17,333 nt of DNA from Ginkgo biloba. Taxonomy: Eukaryota; Plantae; Ginkgophyta. A model generated the notes under the pieces. It did not search any database, was not told where the DNA came from, and was given only the letters and a program-made list of their open reading frames with translations. Location: positions 5,147,900 to 5,165,232 of the forward strand of contig JANKJI020000001.1 in the NCBI GenBank assembly GCA_024626585.2, given 5' to 3'. The position numbers were made by a program, and so were the translations under genes. This document shows, in pieces, positions 10,416-17,333 of the stretch. How positions within the stretch are numbered: position 1 is the first letter of the stretch; the number at the start of each line of letters is the position of its first letter.

Positions 10416-13400
10416 GGAATCTTATTGGAGTAATAACATGGTGATCATTGGCCAATCAGGCCCTGACATGCAATAGGAATTTATTATAATTTGTTTTGAA
10501 GGATGAGGAATGTTAATTCCTTTAAATTTATTGCCCCTACCCTCTGATATCCATGACTATTCAAATTTTATTCACCCTATAGGGAATAAGCCATACCATC
10601 ACCAGAGCCTATATGTACTTTGGAGAACCTTATTTTATTTTAATCAAGCATCCACAATATGCAAATAGCCTACTTAAGAAAGAGGTAGAAGTTAATTTGT
10701 GTTAATAAGATCCCCTAGATATGAAAACCATGGCTTGTTATGAATTACTACTTATTTAAATCTATGGTAGCACAATATTTTTGGGAAATTGAATTAGTTA
10801 AGGATCATATGGACCATTATGCTAAAGGAATGGGAGATATTTACTATAGAAAATATTGAGGTATACATATTTTAGGAATATACATATCTTTTATAGTTAA
10901 GGATAACACACTATAGTTGAGATGCTTCAATGCTTTGAGAATGGCACATTTTGGTTCTAGGATAAAGTCATCCCAGTAGATAATAATTTGATCAATCACA
11001 TCATAAGGATAGCTACTTAGGTGGATTAAATTGATCTTAAGGAAGAAGTAAGGAAGATTTAAAAGGAGATGATCATTCATAAGTTATACCCAAGTTGTAG
11101 GGAAACTATGTCTAGAGAAATTCAAATGATTTTATAGTAAATTAATCACTAATGAGGGAGATAAATGGATAGATAGAATCTTGTCTAGAAGATTGATTTA
11201 TTCAAAGGAAAGTACCTATTTGAGTAATTAATGGGCTACAATAATATAAAATGTGTTTAAAGGAATAATTTATGCTTATGCCCCTTTGTTGGCTTATAGG
11301 CTTAATGAACACTACATGGACTCGTAAATGTCCGAGTGCCCTTTCCCTATGCCTTATTTAGTTACTTTCATTTATATGGAAAACATGGCATCCCCTGGAT
11401 GGATCAAACCAAAATCCTATCCCCACCTAAATTTGTATTCATAATTGTAAATAAAAAAAGGGAGATAACAAAAATAGGGTTACTACAACATACTTGGGAA
11501 AATTTTACATGATGTTGTAGTGGTTAAATGATGGCCCAAAGAGGAGAAAAAATCTCCTTGAATATATAAAAAAGAAATGGAGAGAACTCCAATGGATGAA
11601 ATGCAATAAAATGACCTACGCCTATCTGATAACAATAAATGCACCCGATGACAAGAATCCTATTCTAGCTTGGCCTCATCCTAGGTTGATAGAATAAGTC
11701 ATTTGGGGTCTCATGGAATTGAGAGAATTATGAATCTTTTCCCTATCATTACCTCACAACACTTAAGGATCTAAAGTAAATACATGTACTTGGGGTCTTC
11801 TTAATATTGAGTAAGATGGTATAGTTAGTGATAACACTTTGATATTTATTTGTAATGTTTGTTTTCCTTTGTGAGAAAGAAACTTGTTGCACATCACCAA
11901 CCCTTGCAATTAGAAACTTCTTGTGCATAACCAATCCTTGTGCATAGCCCATCCTTGTGATTAGCACCTCCTTGCACATAACCAATCCTTATGATTAGCA
12001 ACTCCTTACACATCCTTACAATTTTATATTTCTTGGTAGAACATGATTTGACCCTTACTTGCTGGAATGGGTCACTTTAGGTATTGAAACTCTTATCTTA
12101 TTTGTGCAACTTGTTCCTATAGTTTTTACCTAGCTTCTTCTTGAGAATGTGATTTCAAAATCCTTTGCATCATTGTAAAACTTACCCATGAGGAAGACAT
12201 AACCAAACTTTACGATCAATATTTTCCCATGAGTAAGATAATTCTCATATCCTAAGGACACTTACCTATAATTTGGCATCATTCTTCCTTCATCGTGAAT
12301 TATGTCAAGCCTAGGAATGTATAATGTCACCATTATTCAAATTTATCCTATGACTTAACCATTCCTTACAATGTAAAATATACNNNNNNNNNNNNNNNNN
12401 NNNNNNNNNNNNNNNNNNNNNNNNNNNNNNNNNNNNNNNNNNNNNNNNNNNNNNNNNNNNNNNNNNNNNNNNNNNNNNNNNNNTACATCCTAGCTATCAT
12501 ATTACTCCCTATCCTAGTGAGGGGATGAACTAAGACCCGAGATGTGGTGATTTTCTCACTTTTGGGACTTCTCTCTAGATGACCCACAAGCCACTTAGTC
12601 TAATTAAGGGATGCTAGAACATGAATAGACGTACTCAACCATTCATTGATGATATGTCTGGAGAATATACCTTCCAAGAAGCTCATGAATTCTTTGTGAT
12701 TATCCATCTTTTCCTTTATAATCATCCTTGTGCACATGTTTTACATAAATACCCTTTTAGTCATGTAGTGGACCCCCCTGCACCACGCATGCTCCTAGAC
12801 CATCTTAAACTTTCTTGACTAGGTTAGGGAGAAGATCTATTGGCTAGGGAGGGGGATAACCTTATGAGGATATGAAGTCTCTTGGCTGAGTGAGAATCAA
12901 ATATGTCTTGGCTATTGGATTTCTCCCTGCACTAGTCAAGAGATAACTAATACCTAGGATGCAAAGGTTTGCCTGCTTCAAGGAATTTTTCTAGGATGAC
13001 CCAGGGGTCACTGGATCTACTTAAGAGATGCCATAACACAAATTTAATTATTATATCATACAATGATAACATATCTTGGTCATCCTTCTTTGCCACCAAG
13101 TACAAATAAGTCGTGTTATGGATTTTTTTATCTTTAAAGGATGAACCAAAAGGTTTTTGAGAAGTTGTTGGAAGGCATGTAGATATTGATAATTTTTTTA
13201 TAAATATACTAACTTGATGGATCAAAAAATATGGATGCATTTGAGCTTTGAAAAATATGATGTGAGTAGGGAAAGTATGGTATGGGAAATATAAGTCATA
13301 TACTCCATCCTTCAGGGACAATTCATATGAAATAACAAAATAAGTGGAATTAAAAATAAATGTAAGGGTCACGGTAGTGAGGCAATGACATCTTGATATC

Positions 13401-13734
13401 TTTCTTTTCTATGTGTCAAGGTGTTCCTTCCCCCAATTTTTTATAAGGTGAGAGAGAATATAAGATAAGGATTAGAAGTCCTCCTAANNNNNNNNNNNNN
13501 NNNNNNNATATAGATTCCCATCTTTCTTTTTGATAACCCAATCTCTCCTCTCCAAAACAATTTTATGTGTCTTGCTTTTGCCATGCAAGGATTACAAGAA
13601 AGTGATCTTCATACTTCATCAAATATAGGAGTCCAAAATATCCTTAAAGAAGAGATTAAATATGGGACATGACTTCATCTCATCCATCACTAAGGTTGGT
13701 TAGCTTAGACCCACGTTGTCTTCATGCTTAGTGA
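10416..13734. other. CpG-depleted, decayed repeat-like sequence (probable LTR-retrotransposon debris)
   Basis: CpG-poor. Contains a minisatellite, an LTR-end-like GGGTTACTACA (11477-11487) and stop-interrupted coding-like stretches on the minus strand. No diagnostic domain recognised. Confidence 0.4.
11884..12020. repeat. Degenerate 17-bp minisatellite, about 8 units
   Basis: A TCCTTG-like core starts at 11884, 11901, 11918, 11935, 11952, 11969, 11986 and 12003 (exact 17-bp spacing), with a partial copy at 12013. Confidence 0.85.
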
Positions 13735-13834
13735 NNNNNNNNNNNNNNNNNNNNNNNNNNNNNNNNNNNNNNNNNNNNNNNNNNNNNNNNNNNNNNNNNN
13801 NNNNNNNNNNNNNNNNNNNNNNNNNNNNNNNNNN

Positions 13835-15158
13835 AGTTAATAATCTAGCCTTGAAGAAGTTAGATATTCACAAATGAGTCTCTTTTCCCAATACCCAACT
13901 ATTTATGGTTCAAGAGAATGATGTTTGGTATGTATACATAATTTGTTACATCTCCTCTTATACCTTTTGGGATGACTCCTCCAAGAAAGAAAGGTGTAGA
14001 ATTAGGATCTAAAGTGGACGATATGATTTGATAGGAGGAGCTCTTTATCAATGAAGTATAGATGGTGTCCTTATCTAATGTGTGAATCAAGAATAACCAT
14101 AATAAAGAAATATCATGATAGAATCTTTGGTAGTTACTCCATTGGGGAAAATACTAAAAGAAAGGTAGTTTTGGTAAGTTTCTACTGGCCAATATTATAC
14201 AAAGATGTATATGCAATAGCTAAAGGATATAAATCATAATAAATACAAATAAAGTAGGTGGTATTACCCAATTTATTATTATAGTATACCATCCCTTTGG
14301 TTCTATTTACAAAGTGTGTATCAATTATGTTGAAGTTTCAATGTCTTCTCTAACCACACATATTCATATAATAACTACTACATATTACCTCATAAAGTGG
14401 GCTTAAGCAACTCCCACCAAAATGGATGATGCTAAAACTACAATAAATTTTACTATAGACAACATTATATATAGGTTTATCATCCCAATTGAATTAGTGT
14501 CCAATAGATAAATTCACTTTTAAAACATTCTTAAGAAGGAGTTAACTCAACATCTAGGGATTAAGCACCATTTTTCTTCCTCACATCACCCCAAGGGAAA
14601 TGGACTAGTTGAAAGCACTAATCAAGTGTTGAGTAATATTTTATGATGGATGGTTATTCAACATAGGAAATATTGGCATTAGAATTTGGATTTGGATTTA
14701 TGGGATTACTAAATAAATTATAAGGTATCTATTAGATCCATGCCTTTCTCATTGGTCTATGGGAAGGAAGTTATCCTACCAATCAATTTAGAGATAAAAG
14801 CATTTATAATGAACCTAGTGGATTATCAAGAATTAGGTAATCTTGTGAGTAATCATCTGATTTTGGTCATTTATTTAGATGAAGGTCAATTAATATCTCT
14901 CTAAAATATTGATATGTGATAGTTGTAATTGCAATGCTAGTTTGAAAAAAAGACAAAACATTAGTAGTTTGAAATGGGTGAACTAGTTTAGCTCTAGGAT
15001 AAGTCAAATGAGAAGAATACAAGAATGGATTACTATGTCTAGGTCCTTATTACATATATAAATATTTTGGTAATGAATCCTTCATTTTGATTATGTTAGA
15101 TGGTCGACATCTCCTTCATCCATTTAATGGGGAGTTACTCAAGCATCATGTTACCTAA
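13835..15158 (+). mobile_element. Degenerate Ty3/Gypsy integrase remnant, non-chromovirus (Athila/Tat/Ogre-like)
   Basis: Translation across stops and frameshifts gives FPNTQLFMV..WY, YDLIGGALY..SIDGVL..CV, zinc-finger region YHD..G....FYWPILYKD, YLIKWA, RFIIPIELVSNR, GIKHHFSSSHHPKGNGLVESTN, PFSLVYGKEVILP, LGPY, and HPFNGELLKHHVT* ending at 15158. No chromodomain follows. Confidence 0.88.
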
Positions 15159-17123
15159 ATAAGCAGTTGGCCAACATCATAGTAGCATATGTATATAGAT
15201 ATACCTAAGTATGTAAGTAGGATAATAAGAACCTATTAAATTATATTTAGTTTATATCTACCCTAATAGGCATAATAATTTAATTATAGTTATTAGTCTT
15301 ACATGAGGATTCCATTCTCCTCTATTAACTCAGCCTACCTTAGAGGTGATACAAATGAAAGAGAAGGGTGTGTTCATGGATCATGCGTAAGACACTTGAA
15401 ACCTTAATTTTTGTATGGACTAAAGAAGGATAGAAATAAAAAAAGAGTGTCACATCTAATAAAATAGAAAATACTAGGTATCTATCCTCCTCCTAGTCCT
15501 AATAGGAAAAGGTAAGAGAGCAGATAACACAAATCCTCCGTGACATTCATAGAACTAGGAATTGATTTGATAAGTAGGTATGTAGGTTGGGTGAGATAAG
15601 GTAGTCTTAAGGAATTAATATGGGATTCATAACTTATTTTGATTCATCCTCATTGGTCACCAGATGTTGATTTGAATTTTTCCTCTATTATGTCATATAT
15701 TTATGATCCTATAATTTTTAAGGAGGATTCTTTAAGATATTTTTATATCAAGGATGGTTATTTGTATAGACTAGGTTTACTTAATGTACCTAACAAATTC
15801 TCCTAGACTCAGTTGATCTCACCACACCAGGGTGGCTAAGAACTTTGGAGTTATGAAGGCATTGGCCCATATATAATTTTATTTTTATTGACCAAGGATG
15901 TAGGTTGATATTGAATAACACATTAGAGCTTGTTTACTTTGTTGCATCTCTCATCCCTTCAATTAGAGGCTTTGAAAGTCTCATTCACTTATAGTACTTA
16001 ACTGACCATAGGAGTCCATATCCATGGACTTTTGGGGAGGATTTCCTCTCACCCAACATACACATGAATACATCTTTATGGTTGTTGATAGATTTAGAAA
16101 AATAGCCATCCTAATGGCATGTGAGAAATCCATTTTAGCTCCAAGTGTGGCTACGTTATTTTTCACCCATGTTTGGGTTCATTATGGTTCACCTTCCTTT
16201 ATATGTTTTTACCAAGAGAACATATTCCTCAATCATCTTTAGACTAGACTTTAGGGGATGATGGACACCAAGCTAAGTAGATCCACCTCTTTTCATTCAT
16301 AGATCAACAAGCAGATAGAGTTTGTCAATAACATGTCAGTTCATGCTTTATGGATTTTTACCATAGCCATCCCAAGACTTTGTATGATTCCCTACCTTAT
16401 GTACAACATACTTATAATATGGCCCTTCATTTCTCTATTGATTTATATACTTTTTAAGGCATGTTTAGATTTCCTTCCAAGGCACCTATTGATTTGCACC
16501 TTTTAGTTCTATCACCTTCTTCTTCTCCTTCTTCCTTAGAGTAGAAAGCCCAAACACAAGATTTATTTTTTTGTTGATCGCATTCAAAGGGTGCATAAGT
16601 CAAGTGCATAAGCCTTTAGAGATGGAACAAGTAAAGTATAAAGAAGTTAGTGATAGGCATTAAGAAGATCATAGCTTTTATGTTAAGGATAGAGTTTGGC
16701 TCTATCTACCCAAGGACAGATTCAATAAGAAGGAGTGAAATATTAAGCCACTTCACTATAGGCCATACACTAACTTGGAGTAGAATGGAGATAATTATTT
16801 CCATCTTGACTTATATCCTTATAAGGGTCTACATCCAATTTTTAATGTAGGCAAGTTGAAATTAAATGAGCCCCCTTTATTGGATGAATTAATTCCAGAT
16901 CTTTCTCATCACCCAAATGGTTTATATCTAGACTATATAAGGTCTCTTCTAATGGACAAGATATTTTAGCATTAAGTAAAAAAGACTAGGTCTTCTAGTA
17001 TTGAATATTTCAATATGAAAAAGAAGGGATAGTATTCTCATTAGGCTAGATGGATGACTTTAGACAGGCTGCATACTTGGATTCCTCATTTGTTAGATCA
17101 AGAAATTGGGACCATTATTTCCT

Positions 17124-17136
17124 AAGGGGGGAGGAA
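17124..17136 (+). other. Polypurine tract (PPT) of the Gypsy element
   Basis: AAGGGGGGAGGAA directly at the end of the pol frame, the canonical PPT position. Confidence 0.78.
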
Positions 17137-17137
17137 T

Positions 17138-17333
17138 TAATGGGTTAAGAAGGCTCAAAGGGACTTGTAGAAGGTCCTATGGCTTATCTTTTATTGAGGG
17201 ATATGACCTTGTAGTAATCCTTGTGAGGATTATTTATTTTCCTATAATTATTTATTAGGAGTATTTCACCTCCATTAGTTTTCTCTTAATTAGTGGCATA
17301 GTCTCCACCATTCATTATGAGAGTTATCTCTAC
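17138..17333 (+). repeat. Putative start of the 3' LTR (runs out of the window)
   Basis: Begins 1 nt after the PPT with TAAT, read as a G>A-decayed TGAT. No partner LTR was seen in the window. Confidence 0.55.

Larger units (their letters stand above)
15640..17333 (+). mobile_element. Degenerate Ty3/Gypsy 3' end, chromovirus-like: integrase, GPY/F module, diverged chromodomain-like tail, PPT and start of the 3' LTR
   Basis: FYIKDGYLYRLGLLNVP, IRACLLC, P*ESISMDFWGGFP, IFMVVDRFRKIAIL, VWVHYGSP, STSFHS*INKQIEFVN (FHPQTDGQTE), LPYVQHTYN, DRVWLYL, IKPLHYRPY, HLDLYPYKGLHPIFNVGKLKL, KKTRSSSIEYF...KG....ARW. The frame runs into a polypurine tract. The left boundary is approximate. Confidence 0.88.

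Noticed and set aside
11749-11985. 78-aa repetitive ORF as a repeat protein
   Set aside because: It arises from the 17-bp array, whose period is not a multiple of three.
934-13834. Eleven N-runs as biological structure
   Set aside because: They are assembly gaps. The five 100-N runs (starting at 2743, 7069, 10316, 12384 and 13735) probably have unknown true size, so distances across them are unreliable.

Overview
Plant nuclear DNA from a fragmented scaffold with 11 N-gaps, five of them 100-N placeholders. The heavy C>T/G>A decay and the retroelement types suggest a large, methylated genome, possibly a gymnosperm (inference). There is one host gene, on the minus strand (6208->3443): a five-exon glucan endo-1,3-beta-glucosidase with signal peptide, GH17 domain, X8/CBM43 domain, S/T/N linker and GPI-anchor signal, about 495 aa if complete. 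All four introns are GT-AG and phase-consistent. Exon 3 is broken: about 26 codons that should carry the catalytic nucleophile motif (TETGWP-type) are replaced by 88 nt of unrelated, CpG-free sequence plus a 10-N gap. This is most likely a gap-filling artefact and possibly a TE insertion. The rest is decayed transposon sequence: an L1-type LINE ORF2 remnant (7169-9470, +), a 17-bp minisatellite, a non-chromovirus Ty3/Gypsy integrase remnant, and a chromovirus-like Ty3/Gypsy integrase remnant with PPT and 3' LTR start. A CpG-retaining island at 9475-9930 has no obvious gene. I found no convincing evidence of a previously undescribed system.
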